DNA of 64,000 nucleotides from Eledone cirrhosa. Taxonomy: Eukaryota. The notes under the pieces were generated by a model. It ran no database searches. It saw only the letters and a list, made by a program, of their open reading frames with translations, and was not told where the DNA came from. Positions 41,966 through 55,009 of this stretch are shown piece after piece. Where the stretch lies: NCBI GenBank assembly GCA_964016885.1, contig OZ024744.1, positions 82,894,001 through 82,958,000 on the forward strand. Reading direction: 5' to 3'. A program made the position numbers and the translations under genes. Numbering within the stretch: the first letter of the stretch is position 1; each line of letters begins with the position of its first letter.

Positions 41966-41985
41966 TCATTATTATTATTATTATT

Positions 41986-43980
41986 ATCATGCGATGCATC
42001 ATAGAGAGGGTAGGGTGTAAACCTGGCTTCGGTGGGGCACTGATCAATTTAGATCAATCGAAAGCATTCGATAGGGTCGACCATCGGTATCTGGAGTTTG
42101 TCCTCAAAGCAGCTGGCTTAGGCCCTGTCTTTAGAAGCTGGATCGTTGCAATGCACAGCGGCACACGCTCGGTGGTCAAAGTTAATGGCCACCTCTCGGA
42201 ACCATTTCGGCTCTCCCGATCGGTCCGTCAAGGGTGCCCTCTCTCTTCCCTTCTGTACGTATTGACTCTCGAGCCTTTACTGCGGAAGCTGGAGCTGTTG
42301 CAGGGCATCCCGCTCGAACCGGGACGTGGAAAGGCGGTGTCGGCTTATGCGGACGACATCACCGTGATGGTGTCGAACACCTCAGAAATCGAGGTGGTCG
42401 GCACCTTATTGAAAGAATATGAAAGGTTGACAGGAGCCAAACTTAACCCGGAAAAGTCGGTGGGCTTGCAGCTCGGAACCTGGAGAGGCAAGCCCATGCC
42501 GTCCAACAGCGTCGTGGGGCGCTGGACGGACGGACCAGTAAAGTTGCTCGGGGTTTGGTTCGGACCAGACCTCCAGGTGGAAAAGAATTGGGACGAGGTA
42601 ACGAGCAGAGTAGCCAGTCTCACCCAAAAATGGGCTGGGAGGAAGCTATCACTGAAAGGTCGCGCGGAGGTGGCGAATGCGTACATCGCGTCCGTCATCT
42701 ATTACCGCCTAACCGTCGTGCCTTGCCCCCGTCCGCGCCTCGTCAAGTTGGAACGGCTCCTCTTCAAATTCTTGTGGAAAGGACAAGTTCCATTGGTGAG
42801 GCGGTCCATCTGCTGCCAGCACCCTCTACACGGAGGGCTGGGCATGCCGTGGCTAATGATGCGCAGACATGCGTTGAGGCTGCGACATCTCCAGATATTC
42901 TGCCTCAATGGTGAACAGGTGTGGTCGCCGTTTATCAGACGGGCCTTTCCGCAGCTCATTTCTTTGACTGAGTCAAGAAGAGACCGAGACTGGGTGACTG
43001 GCACCTGGAATGTTGCCAGGTACTCACTGCCCTCTACCAAGCGGGCAATGCGATCAGTGGAACTTCCACTCTCGAGTTTTATAGAGGATTAGTGGTGGGC
43101 AAGTGCGATGACGCACTCGGAGAAGCTTTGGGCCTCGACGAAGTCGAACTGACCAGTCTGTACCGGAGGACTTTTGAGCCGGGGACGATGGACAATTTCC
43201 AGAAATCCCTCGCTTGGCAGTGCTACCGGGGGGCACTGCCGGTTCGGGATAAACTCTACAGGCACGGAAGTGCTGTCAGACGGACCTGCCCAAGATGCGC
43301 ACAGAACGACGAAACCGTTCTGCACGCACTTGTCCAATGTCCGTGCATTACTGACTTGTGGAGTTATGTCGAACAGCTACTGTCGCGTGTGGAACGAATC
43401 CAGTTATCGGCCGAGTCCATAGTGAAGATCGAGCCGCCACCTTCCTTAGGTCAGGAAGAGCAGGACATTTTCCTCTGTCTGGTGGCAGTTGCGAAAGAGA
43501 TTATATGGTGGACCAGGTTGGAAGGACTAAAGACAGACACTTTTCTCTTCGGCCAATCCCTCATCAACTTCTTCAAGTTTCACCTGGAAAGGAGGGTGAG
43601 GGTGGAGAGAGAAGTGCTGCCCCCCAGTACATTTGCTAAAAGGTGGGTGAATGTGGCAAGAATGGCTCGTGTGAATGGGCCTACTCTGATCATGCGCCTA
43701 TAGGCTAGCTAACTTGAGGAGAGGGGTGCTCTCCTGGGTGCCCTAGAAGCGCAGGGTGGTTCAGGATTGGTGGGGTACCCGAATCACCCCAGGGTCGTCC
43801 ACCCCCTATCGGGGAATTTATTTTGTTATATTTTGCATAGTTTATTTTATATTTTATATTTTCATTGTTAAATTAGTCTTGCCATTGTGCACTTTTACTC
43901 GACCTTATTGTAAACCCCCACTGTCCCTGTCTTTGTATTGTCCCCTACATGTCGGCCCTTGTGGCTAATAAATGAAATCA
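41986..43980 (+). mobile_element. 5'-truncated L1/Tx1-clade LINE (RT C-half, zinc finger, 3' UTR), one frameshift
   Basis: LDQSKAFDRVDH, VRQGCPLS, YADD and LLGV motifs (41905-43092 ORF), and CPRC..ETVLHALVQC (43092-43703). (ATT)n lies on both sides. Confidence 0.93.
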
Positions 43981-44218
43981 TTATTATTATTATTATTATT
44001 ATTGAATGCCATGGTTGACGGAGGCTCGGCTCTGTAAGGTATAGTAATTTTTAACCGTTAAAACAATTGTAAATTGTTTAAAACTTGAACCAAATTGTTG
44101 ATAAGACACCCTCCTCCTCGTGAGAGGGGTCTTTCTGTCCGTTATTTGGCCCTTCGGGGTTAAATAACCAGTTATTGGGGTTTTGTACCCAAAATTTCAT
44201 TTTAAACAAAAAAACAAC

Positions 44219-46315
44219 ATGGCTACGAAAAAGAAATTTCATACGTCACTCCCACTCATTCCGTCTTCTTCTTCCCCAATCATCACTACAGCAGAGAGAA
44301 GATTGTCTCTCTCCCTCCCTTCTTTAAATGTGTCTCTCTCCCTCCCTTCTCTTTCGCAAGTGACGAAAGAAAAGAAAAGTCTCGTGCAAAGCGTGCAAGG
44401 TTTCTCCACGACGACGACGACAGCGACGAAACAGGTGTGCGGGAAATACGAAAACCCAGTTCATTCGTCTGACGTCAGGAATAATAGCAGTAGCAGCCGT
44501 AATAACAACAGCAACAGTGACAATGAAAACAACAGTAGCAGCCGCAACAGCATCACCAGCAGCATAAACAACAACAGCATTAGCAGCAGCAACACCAACA
44601 ACAACCACAGCAACAGCGGCGGAGGCAGTAGTCGTAGTACCTGCAGCAACAACAAAAGTACCAGCAGCTCTGACGACAACAACAACAGCAGAGAAAAACC
44701 AATCTCATTTGCAGGTATTGCGAAAAACTTGGAAACAATCCTCATAACAAATGAGGAATTAGAGGAAGCGAAGAAGATGGTGACAAAGAACGGACACCGA
44801 GCAATCTGCAAGGCAGCGGAAAAATTTTTCGAAACCCAAGAGCACTGTACGGTCACGTACCGTACAGTAAGTACAAAATCCCGTAGGGTGGAAAGAGCCA
44901 CAGAGGCCCAAATACAAAAAGCCTTGGGGTCTGTCTGGCAGCGGAAAACGCACATCACCCGAGGCAAAAAATATGCCACCGTAGACGTACTTTTTGCCAC
45001 ACCCCAGGAGGCAAAGGCCCAATCAGTAGTGACCCTAAGGAGCGAGGAAATGGTGTTGGTGCCCTCCTACTGTGGGCAAAAAATTGTGAGGGTAAAACTG
45101 ACCCACGTCCTCCCCGGAATGACCCCTTCTTGGCTGGCCGCGTCTGTCCTCGTCGGAATCGAGGACAAAACAACTGTACTGCAAGTACAGAAAAAAGTAA
45201 GAGAAGATTGGGTCGGCTCCTCCATTGAGATGCTAATCCAAACCAACCAGGAGTGCATCGAAGCTATCCCGGATGTGATAGACTTCGATAACGGCACTCA
45301 ACTGCCCATAAGTGTTGAGGGCAAACGCCCGAAATGCTTTCGCTGTGGATCGAAGACTCACCTCAGGGCCTTCTGCAACGAGAAGACCCTGAGAAAGGAG
45401 AAAACCCCCCTCCTTCCGAATCCGGCTCCACGGCTACCAGCAACAGGACAAGCGGCAACCAGGAACGATAGGCCCGTGGCACCCATACCCACTCCACGGA
45501 AATCAAAAACAGCAGCAGCAGTGGAAATACTAACAACAACAACAGCAATACCAAATGCAGCTGCAACAGAGACTCCAGTGCAAACATCACCAACAACAAC
45601 AAGTGAAAGAGTGGAGCTGGTACCCCTCCCCGACCTCACAGAATCAGACATGGAGTGTGAGGTGGGAGAGAGATGGCAAAAGGTCGCAAGAAGGCACAAA
45701 CGCAGAAGCAGCGCATCGTCGCCTTTGAAAAGGGAGGAAAGAAATGAGAAAAGGGTAAAGTCTACTGCAAAGAGACCCACAGCAGCAACAACACCAACAC
45801 CATCACCACCCACACTAGCGCCACCATCACCACCGGCGACAACCCCACCGCCAACAACACCTTCAACACCACCACCACAAGCACCAACATCGCAAACACA
45901 ACAACAAAACACACACACCCAGCAACAACGACAAGAAAATAGCAGAACCACACCCCACCCCCAGAAAAACAAATGCACGGCAATAAATACACACAACAAG
46001 AAACTAATGACTTACATAATTGAACACACAGACATTTCACAACAGGACTACATAATACCAGCACCAATCAAAACGCCAACTAACATAAGACTGCTAAAAA
46101 TAGCACAGAAACAATACACAAATATTAAAACGAAATTCCCCAACGCAGTTGGTGATTTCAGGGACCTAGGAGGAACCATCAATCGAAGAGTATACTCAGA
46201 CATTCTCTTAGAAGAGCCGACGACCAGCCGAAGGGACGATTCAACGGTCCCTTCATCAGACGATCAAGTGAAAAGGGATGTAAAAACCATCCCTCCTCTA
46301 CCAAAAGTACGGTAA
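44219..46315 (+). CDS. LINE ORF1 (gag-like, CCHC zinc knuckle), 698 aa, uninterrupted
   Basis: ATG at 44219. Contains an Asn/Ser tract, a conserved central domain shared with the other ORF1 copies, CFRCGSKTHLRAFC, and a Pro/Thr-rich linker. Confidence 0.9.
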   Translation: MATKKKFHTSLPLIPSSSSPIITTAERRLSLSLPSLNVSLSLPSLSQVTKEKKSLVQSVQGFSTTTTTATKQVCGKYENPVHSSDVRNNSSSSRNNNSNSDNENNSSSRNSITSSINNNSISSSNTNNNHSNSGGGSSRSTCSNNKSTSSSDDNNNSREKPISFAGIAKNLETILITNEELEEAKKMVTKNGHRAICKAAEKFFETQEHCTVTYRTVSTKSRRVERATEAQIQKALGSVWQRKTHITRGKKYATVDVLFATPQEAKAQSVVTLRSEEMVLVPSYCGQKIVRVKLTHVLPGMTPSWLAASVLVGIEDKTTVLQVQKKVREDWVGSSIEMLIQTNQECIEAIPDVIDFDNGTQLPISVEGKRPKCFRCGSKTHLRAFCNEKTLRKEKTPLLPNPAPRLPATGQAATRNDRPVAPIPTPRKSKTAAAVEILTTTTAIPNAAATETPVQTSPTTTSERVELVPLPDLTESDMECEVGERWQKVARRHKRRSSASSPLKREERNEKRVKSTAKRPTAATTPTPSPPTLAPPSPPATTPPPTTPSTPPPQAPTSQTQQQNTHTQQQRQENSRTTPHPQKNKCTAINTHNKKLMTYIIEHTDISQQDYIIPAPIKTPTNIRLLKIAQKQYTNIKTKFPNAVGDFRDLGGTINRRVYSDILLEEPTTSRRDDSTVPSSDDQVKRDVKTIPPLPKVR

Positions 46316-46350
46316 GTGGTCTTTCCCATCTTTTCCACTCTATTTTAAAC

Positions 46351-47730
46351 ATGACCTCACTCAGAATAGGCAGCATAAATGCGCGTGGCTTGGGGTCGTC
46401 ATGGAAGCAGGGTCACCTGCTCAACGACCTCAGGTCACTAAACATAGATGTAGTGGCCATCAGTGAGACCAGAATCTCCGAAGCACGGGCCTTCGCACCG
46501 ATCTTCGGCGGCTACGATGTGTACACATCTCCCAGCCGTCCTGGATCGGGTGGAGGAGTTGCTGTGCTTTTTCGGAGAGGTTTGGATCTCGCCATACGGG
46601 CCATCTTCCTGGACCCAGAGGGTAAGCTGGTGGTGCTGGACGTGACCAGCGGAGACGGGCAAGCTTTCAGGCTAGTGGCCGTCTATGCCCCGACAGGAGC
46701 AGGGCGGCCTGATTTCTTCCGGCGTCTGGAGACCTTTCTTGGAACGTCCCGCTCTTTAGTGTTAGTGGGCGACTGGAACGGGATCTTAGATGCACGCTCG
46801 GACTGTGTGGGATTAGCGGATAGGGGTGGAGGGTGCAAGAGCCTCACCAACCTGCTCAGGCGTTTTGAACTGTCTGACAGGTACCGATTGGATTTCCCGA
46901 ATGTGCCAATGTGGACTTGGACAAACCGCATAGGGTCATCCAGATCATATCTAGATAGAGTATTTTGTAGGGAAATAGATAGGTCTAGCATAGGCTGTCC
47001 ACAATTCAAGATAGTCAGCTACACGGACCACAAATTCGTGACCTGTGTGCTTGACTTAGATAGGCTTCATAGACGAGGACCCGGCTACTGGAAGCTAAAC
47101 GCGTCCTTACCAGCGCGCAAGGCCTACAGAGACCGGAGTAGCGAACTAGTTAAGCGGGCGTTGACGGGGGCCATCGTCAACAACAAGTGGTGGTTTGCTC
47201 TGAAAAGAGCTATTAGAATAGAATCGATTAGGTTTAGTAAGGCTTTAGCAATAGAGAAAAATAGAGCAGAGGGAGAACTAGTTAGAAAATTAGACGAGGC
47301 GCTTAGCAAAGGCATTGCGACCGACGTACTTGCGGCGAAATTGGCCCTTGACCAATTCTTCAATGCAAAGCACGAAGGCTGCGTTGTCAGAGCTAGGGTG
47401 CGTGCTCTCAGACACGAGGGGACGAAAGCCGTTCAATGGGCCCGAGTGGCGGAGGCGCGTCGTGGCAACAAAGCCACGATCCGGTCTTTGGTGGACCACG
47501 ACGGGCGCATGCTACTCGATCCCGGGCAAATGTGTGAAGCTTTTCAGCGACACTTCGCTCAGCTGTTCGGGGGCAGCGGGGGGCCGGGTAGAGGGATGGA
47601 CTTTAGTGTCTACCTCGACGGACTGCCGCGGCTCTCGGCCACTGAGGCGAAGTGTTGCGAAAAGCCGATAACAGCCGCTGAAGTAAGGGAGGCAATGACT
47701 GGCTGCACAAGGGGTAAATCGCCTTCTTAA
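46351..47730 (+). CDS. LINE ORF2 N-terminal part: apurinic-like endonuclease, truncated before RT
   Basis: SINARGL, ISET, VYAP, VGDWN, SYLDRVF, YTDH and GYWKLN motifs. It stops at GKSP, where KSPGxDG would start the RT region. Confidence 0.92.
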   Translation: MTSLRIGSINARGLGSSWKQGHLLNDLRSLNIDVVAISETRISEARAFAPIFGGYDVYTSPSRPGSGGGVAVLFRRGLDLAIRAIFLDPEGKLVVLDVTSGDGQAFRLVAVYAPTGAGRPDFFRRLETFLGTSRSLVLVGDWNGILDARSDCVGLADRGGGCKSLTNLLRRFELSDRYRLDFPNVPMWTWTNRIGSSRSYLDRVFCREIDRSSIGCPQFKIVSYTDHKFVTCVLDLDRLHRRGPGYWKLNASLPARKAYRDRSSELVKRALTGAIVNNKWWFALKRAIRIESIRFSKALAIEKNRAEGELVRKLDEALSKGIATDVLAAKLALDQFFNAKHEGCVVRARVRALRHEGTKAVQWARVAEARRGNKATIRSLVDHDGRMLLDPGQMCEAFQRHFAQLFGGSGGPGRGMDFSVYLDGLPRLSATEAKCCEKPITAAEVREAMTGCTRGKSPS

Positions 47731-47747
47731 TAAAGAAATCATTATTG

Positions 47748-50700
47748 TTTTCAACCGTTCTAAACCTTTTATTCAAGTTTTAAATTTGATAAATTTGATA
47801 AGTTTAGAAGTGACCCACCTAATACAGGGGTTCACTCGTAAATAATACGGCCCCCCTTTACGGGGTGTCGTATTCGTATTTGCGCAAACATTTTTTTTTT
47901 TTTTAAATTTCAACATGGATAACACAAGAAACAGAGGGAGCGCTGTCAGACAACACAGAGAGAGGGAGACTTTATCAGCATGTCAACAAGACAGCATTCC
48001 AGCGGAGGTAAATATAAACGAAAATATTACAAAGGAAAAGAAGATTGTTACAGATTTAAAATTAACAAATATTTCTAACATAAACAACACCCACAATAAC
48101 ACCAACAACAACACCAACAACAACACCAGCAATAACAACAGCAACAAAAAAATAACAGCGGTAAAGTCGAGAACGACAATAACAAAATTAACAGCGGTAA
48201 GGTCGAGAACGACAATAACAATGACAATAACAACAGCCACAACAACAATAATAGTAGGAACAGTATCAACAAAAACAACAATAATAACAACAGCCACAAT
48301 AACAGTAACAACATCAACAGTATCAACGAAAACAACAACAACAACACCAACAACTGTACCAACGAAAACATCAACAATGACATCGATACCTGTAATAGGG
48401 ATCTCAGCACCACCAGGAAGACCAGTAGCGGCAGCAATAGGGGTGCTGCTGAAAAAGGGACCACTTCTTTTGCAGGTGTCGCCCGAAATATCGAGACAGA
48501 GGAGGAGATGGCAGTCGCAAGGGCCATGGTGACAAGAAGCGCCAATAGAGTCTCCCTGAAACCTCCACCCGATTTTTTCAAGGACCAGCAGCTACGGACG
48601 GTGACTTACCGCACCGTAAGCAAAATCTCACATCGGATGGAGAGAGCCACGGAGGCTCAAATCCAAAAGGCCTTAGGGTGCGTCTGGGCACGCAAAACCC
48701 ATATCACCCGAGGCAGAAAGTACGCCACAGTAGACGTACTTTACGCCCCCCCCCCCCCAGGAACCTCTTTGGAAACCCTAAAGAGTGAGGAGATAGTCTT
48801 GGTGCCCTCCTACTGCGGGCAGAAAATTGTGAGGGTCAAAGTGACCCAGGTCCCACCCGACGTGCCCATACCTTGGCTGGTCGCGTCTGTCCTTGCTGGA
48901 ATCGAGGGCAGGACAACCATGCTGCAAGTAGAGAAAATAGGGAGAGAGAACTGGTCAAGTATAGGCATGAAAATGCTAATACAAACTTACCAGGAGTATG
49001 TCGAGGCTATCCCGATATCATAGACATCGAAGAAGGACTCCAACTTCCTATAAGTGAGGAAGGAAGGCGCCCAAAATGTTATCTCTGTGGGTCAAAGGGT
49101 CACCTCAGACCCTTTTGCCCGCAGAAGACAGCGAAGAAGAAGGCTCCCCTCCTTCCAATGCCTGGTCCGCTGCTACCAAGAGCAGGGCAGGCAACACAGG
49201 CAACACATTATTCCACAGTGAGTAGGAGGCCAACGTCCGTGGCACCCATACCAAGGCCAAGGACAATTAAAACAGCGGCAGCATTGGCATCACCACCAGT
49301 AGCTACATTTGCAGTAGCAGCACCAGCAACAAAATCGCCGGAGAGGACTCCACTGCCACCACCAACAGCAGTGGAGATCATACCCCTCCCAGATACCACG
49401 GAGTCCGACATGGAGTGTGAGGCGGGAGTGAAGTGGCAAACGGTCAGCCACAAAAAAAGAAACAAGAAAAAAACCTCATCTTCACCATCCAAAAGTGAAA
49501 ACAAACAAAGAGGGGTAAAGGCTGCAAGGCGACTCGCAGCAACGCCAGCACCATCACCACCAAAAACCACTACACCGCCACTACCAGCATCACCACGAAC
49601 ATCAACATCGCAAACACAATAATACAAACATACCCAACAGCAGCAACAAGAACCCCCCCCCCCCAAAAAAAAAAAACAACAACAACAAAACATTACACAG
49701 CCATAAACATGGCATATAAAGAACTCTTAGAACATATAAAGCAGCACACAGACATTACGGACAAAAATTACTACAGCCCACCAACAAAAAGGACTCTCCT
49801 GAAAAATATAAACCTTATTGAAATTAAAATAGAACATGGTAAACATTATAATAAACATTTAAATTCTCCAACGCAGTTGGAGACTTTAGAGGGTCAGTTA
49901 TCAAAAGGATATACAGCGACATCATCTTGGATACACCCTTGACCAGTCCCTTTCCCACACAATCAGGGAAGGTAATCCCTTCTCACTTACACCATTCCTC
50001 CTCCAACATGGCTTTACTTAGAATAGGCAGTATCAATGTACGTGGCCTGGGGTCATCTTGGAAGCAGGGCCACCTGCTTAATGATCTCAGGTCACAAAAC
50101 GTATATGTGGTGGCCATCAGCGAGACCAGAATTTCCGAAGCTTGTGACTTCGCACCGATCTTCTGCGGCTACGATGTATACACATCTCCCAGCCGTCCGG
50201 GAGCGGAGTTGCTGTGCTTTTTCGGAGAGGCTTGGATCTCGCCATACGGGCCATCTTCCCGGACCCAGAATGTAAGTTGGTGGTGCTGGACGAGACAGGC
50301 AGCGAAAGCAATGCTTTCAGGCTAGTAGCCGTCTACGCCCCAACAGGGGCAGGACAGCCAGATTTCTTCAGACGTCTAGAGACCTTTCTTGGAACGTCCC
50401 GCTCTTTAGTGTTAGTGGGTGACTGGAACGGTATCTTAGATGCACGCTGGCATTATGTGGGGCTAGTAAATATTGGAAGAGGATGTAAAAGCCTCACCAA
50501 AATGCTCAGACGTTTTCAACTGTCTGACAGGTATCGACTGGATTATCCGAATGTGCCAATGTGGACATGGGCAAACCGCATCGGGTCATCCAGATCGTAT
50601 CTAGATAGGGTAATGTGTAGGGAAACAGATAAGGCTAGCATAGGTTGTCCACAATTTAAAGTAGTCGACTACACGGATCACAAATTTGTGATCTGTGAAG

Positions 50701-53695
50701 TCGAATTAGATAGACTTCATAGGCAAGGACCCGGTTACTGGAAGCAGAACGCGTCTTTCACGGCGCGCAAAGCTTACAGAGACCGGATAAACGAATTAGT
50801 TAAGCGTGCGTTGACGGGTACGATCGTCAACAACAGGTGGTGGATAACCCTGAAAAGGGCAATTAGAGTAGAATCAATAAGGTTTAGCCAAGAAGTAAAG
50901 ATAGAAGAAAATAGAGTAGAAGGAGAGCTAGTTAGACAGCTAGAAGAGGCGTTTAGGACAGGCATCGCAACCGACGTGCTTGCGGCAAGATTGGCACTCT
51001 GCCAATCCTTCAATGTAAAGCACAAAGGCTGTGTTGTCAGCTAGAACGCGTTCTCTGAGACAAGAGGCGACAAAAGCTGTCCAATGAGCCCGTGTGGTGG
51101 AGGCGCGACGTGGCAACAAAGCCACAATTCAATCCTTGCCTGACCAAAACGGACACATGTTACTCGAGCCCGAGCAGATGTGTGCGGCTTTTCAACAGCA
51201 CTTTGCTCAACTGTTCGGGAGCGGCGGCTGGCCGGATCGGAGTATGGATTTCAGTACATACCTCGACGGACTGCCGCGGCTCCCGACGGACTGCCGCGGT
51301 TCTCGACGACCACAGCGCAGCGCTGCGAACAGCCGATAACAGCAGGTGAAATACGGGAAGCGATGTCTGACTGCACGAGGGATAAATCGACAGGTTTGGA
51401 TGGTCTGCTCTACGAGTCTTATGCGTATATGTCAGACTTGTTTGGCGATCTCTTGGCATATGTCTACTGCAACGGGCAGCAGAACGGGACCGTTTCCAGT
51501 TTTGTGAGCCCTGGAGCGGTGGCGCTGCTGAGAAAAGACCCAAACAAGGGGGACGTTATAGACTTCAGGCCCATAACTCTGCTAAACGCAGAGTTTAAGA
51601 TTTTGGCCAAGGTGTTAGCAAATAGATTGGCGCTTGTCGTCGGTGATCTGGTGGGAGAGTCGCAGGCATGCGCCATCCCGGACAGATCTATCCACGACAA
51701 CCTCTATCTCATGCGATACATCATAGAGAGGGTGGTTAATGAACCTGACACGGGTGGAGCTCTGTTCAACTTGAATCAATGTAAAGCATTTGATAGGGTC
51801 GACCATCGGTACCTGGCTGCGGTCCTCGAGGCGGCCGGCTTCGGGCCCGTTTTTAGGGGCTGGATCGCTGCGATGCACTGCGACATCTGCTCAATTGTGA
51901 TGGTGAATGGTCACATGTCGCAGCATTTCAGCATCATGCGTTCGGTCCGCCAGTGTTGCTCCTATCTTCCCTTTTGTACGTACTGGCCCTCGACCCGTTA
52001 CTGCACAAATTGAAGACGATGAGGGGCGTCCCACGCGAACTAGGATGCGGGAGATCCGTGTCAGCTTACGCCGACGACGTCACCGTGGTGGTGTCGAGCA
52101 CCAAACACATCCGGATGCTCGGCACCGCTCTCAAGGAATACGAAGCGGTGACAGGAACAGAGATAAACCAGGAAAAGTCGGTGGGCTTGCAGCTCGGCAC
52201 CTGGAGAGGCAAGTCCATGCCGTCCGACAGCGTTGTTGGGCGCTGGACGGAAGGACTGGTTAAATAGCTCGGGGTCTGGTTCGGTCCGGACCTCCAGATG
52301 GAGAAAAACTGGTGCTAGGTGACGAGCAGGGTGGCCTCTCTTTCACAGAAATGGGCCAAGAGGGGGACTGTCTCTGATAGGTCGGGCGGAGGTGGCGAAT
52401 GCGTACATAGCGTCCGTCATCTGCTACCGCCTGACCATCATACCTTGCCCCCGCCCAACTCTGACCAAAATGGAGCCCCTTCTCTTCCGCTTTTGGTGGA
52501 AGGGACGTGCTCCCATGGTCAGACGATCCATTTGCTGTCAACACCCGTTGCGAGGAGGAGAAGGCATGCCGTGGCTGATGATGCGAAAACATGCGCTGAA
52601 GCTGCGAATGCCTGGTGCTTCCTTGACGGTGAACAGATGTGGTCACCGTTTGCCAGACGCGCTTTTCCCCAGCTCGTCTCCTTGACGAAGCTGCAGTTCT
52701 GGATCAGGAAAAGACCGAGGGATAGCGCTTGGAATCTGGAATGTCTCCAAGCGCTCACCACCCTCTATCAGCTGGGCACTAGTAACGGTGGAACATCCAC
52801 CTCGGCGTTCTATAGAGGGGAAGAGTGACGACGTTCTCGGGGAGACCCTGGGCGACGAAGACGATCAGCTGTTTGCTCTCTTCAAGAGAACTTTCAGACC
52901 TGGGCCTATGGACAACTACCAGAAATCTCTGGTTTGGTAGTTCTACCGGGGAGCGTTGCCGGTTCGGGATAAGCTCTACGGGCACGGAGGTGCTATCAGC
53001 CGAGCCTGTCCGAGATGCGCACAGGGTGACGAAACCGGCCTGCACGCACTCGTTCAGTGCCCGAGGATTGCTGACTTGTGGAACTATGTCGAACAGTTGC
53101 TGCCGCGTGTATGACGGATTCGGTTATCGACTGAGTCTATTGTGCAGACAGCGCCGCCATCCTCCTTTAAAGGGGAGGAAGGGAAGGCAGTTTTCATTTG
53201 CCTGGTGTCCATAGCGAAAGAGACTGTGTGGTGGACAAGGTTGAAAGGGTTGAAGACGGACACTTTCCTCTTCGGCCAATCCCTGATTAACTTTTTCAAG
53301 TTTCAGTTGAAGAGGAAAATCAGGGTGGAGAGGCAAGTGTTGTCTTCTAGTAAGGTTGTTGGTTGTTGAAATGTGGGTGAAAGTGGCGAGTCTGGTCCAA
53401 GTGAACGGGCCCGCTCTGAGTATGCACCTGTAGACTGCGGAGTAGGAAAACTGAGAGAGGGTGCTTGCCCTGGAGATCAGGGTGGCCGTGGTCTTTTGTG
53501 TGGTTTTCGCCACGAGTGACCCTCGGAAAATCCCCCCTATTGGAGAATTTTTGTTGTTTTAATTCTTTTGATATTTCAATCTTGTTATAACCTTTTTTTA
53601 CATGGCCAAAACCCACTTTGTATCGCCCTGTACCGTTCTGTGCCCTCTCTAATGTTTTTCTTTATGTCAGCCCTTGTGGCCAATAAAGAAACCAG
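47748..53695 (+). mobile_element. Near full-length, decayed L1/Tx1-clade LINE
   Basis: ORF1 remnants at 47915-49980 (CYLCGSKGHLRPFC). ORF2 remnants at 50008-53432 (EN motifs, KSTGLDGL, FRPITLLN, KAFDRVDH, YADD, zinc finger) with many frameshifts. 3' end CCCTTGTGGCCAATAAAGAAAC. Confidence 0.93.
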
Positions 53696-53799
53696 GACGC
53701 ACATGTGTAAAGACGCACAAGTCTGAGGTGGAAAAGGTTCGTAACTTTTACCTGTTTTAAAGTATCATTTTTTATATTTTCTTGTCGATAACGAAGCAT

Positions 53800-54611
53800 A
53801 GGGACGATGGACAATTTCCAGAACTCCCTCGCTTGGCATTGCTACCGAGGGACACTGCCGGTTCGGGATAAACTCTACAGGCACGGAAGTGCTGTCAGAC
53901 GGACCTGCTCAAGATGCGTACAGAGCGACGAAACCGTTCTGCACGCACTTGTCCAATGTCCCTGCATTACTGACTTGTGGAGTTATGTCGAACAGCTAAT
54001 GTCGCGTGTAGAACGGACCCGGCTATCGGCCGAGTCCATAGTGAAGATCGACCCGCCGTCTTCCTTTGGTCAGGAAGAGCAGGCAATATTCCTCTGTCTG
54101 GTGGCAGTAGCGAAAGAGGTTATATGGTGGACCTGGTTAAAAGGACTGAAGACAGACACTTTTCTCTTCGGTCAATCCCTCATCAACTTTTTCAAGTTTC
54201 ACCTGGAAAGGAAGGTGAGGGGTGGAGAGAGAAGTGCTTCCCTCCGTCCCCAGTACATTTGCTAAAAGGTGGATGAATGTGGTGAGAATGGCTCGTGTGA
54301 ACGGGCATACTTTGACCATGCGCCTATAGGACTAGCTAATTTGAGGAGAGGGGTGTTCTCCCTGGGTGCCCTAGAAGCGCAGGGTAGTTCAGGATTGGTG
54401 TGGTACCTGAGTCATCCTTAGGTCGTCCACCCCTTATAGGGGGAATATATTTTGTTATATTTATGCATAGTTTATTTTATATTTTTTATATCTTCATTGT
54501 TAAATTAAGTCTTGCCATTGTGCACTTTTACTCGACCTTATTGTAAACCCCCACTGTCCCCTTTATTTGTATTGTCCCCTACATGTCGGCCCTTGTGGTC
54601 AATAAATGAAA

Positions 54612-54615
<4 letters not shown>
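53800..54615 (+). mobile_element. 5'-truncated L1/Tx1-clade LINE 3' end
   Basis: Closely matches 43183-43980 and is followed by (ATT)n. Confidence 0.9.
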
Positions 54616-54658
<43 letters not shown>

Positions 54659-55009
54659 GTGATGGTGTTAATTAAACTAAAAGAGGGACGTTAATAAAAA
54701 CATCAACAACTATAACAAGCGAAATAATAGACATAATAAATCTATATCAATAAAACCGACAATATTGTTGTTGTAGTTGTAGTTGTTGTTGTCGTGCGGC
54801 CTTGCGACCAATATATGAAATCGATATCGGCATTATGATATCACGATAATGATGGTTATGATGATGGTAGTGATGTTGATGATGATGACGATGATGATGA
54901 TGAGGATTATGGCAGATGTGGCGGTTGTGATGATAATGTAGCAGAAAATTGATATTTAGGATTTTGATAATGCCAATTAGGATTTTGGAGTGGTTTTGGA
55001 GTGACATTG

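Larger units (their letters stand above)
44004..47745 (+). mobile_element. L1/Tx1-clade LINE with intact 5' half and RT deleted
   Basis: Begins directly after (ATT)n. It has a 5' UTR, ORF1 and the ORF2 endonuclease, then ends abruptly in TAATAAAGAAATCATTATT. Confidence 0.9.
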
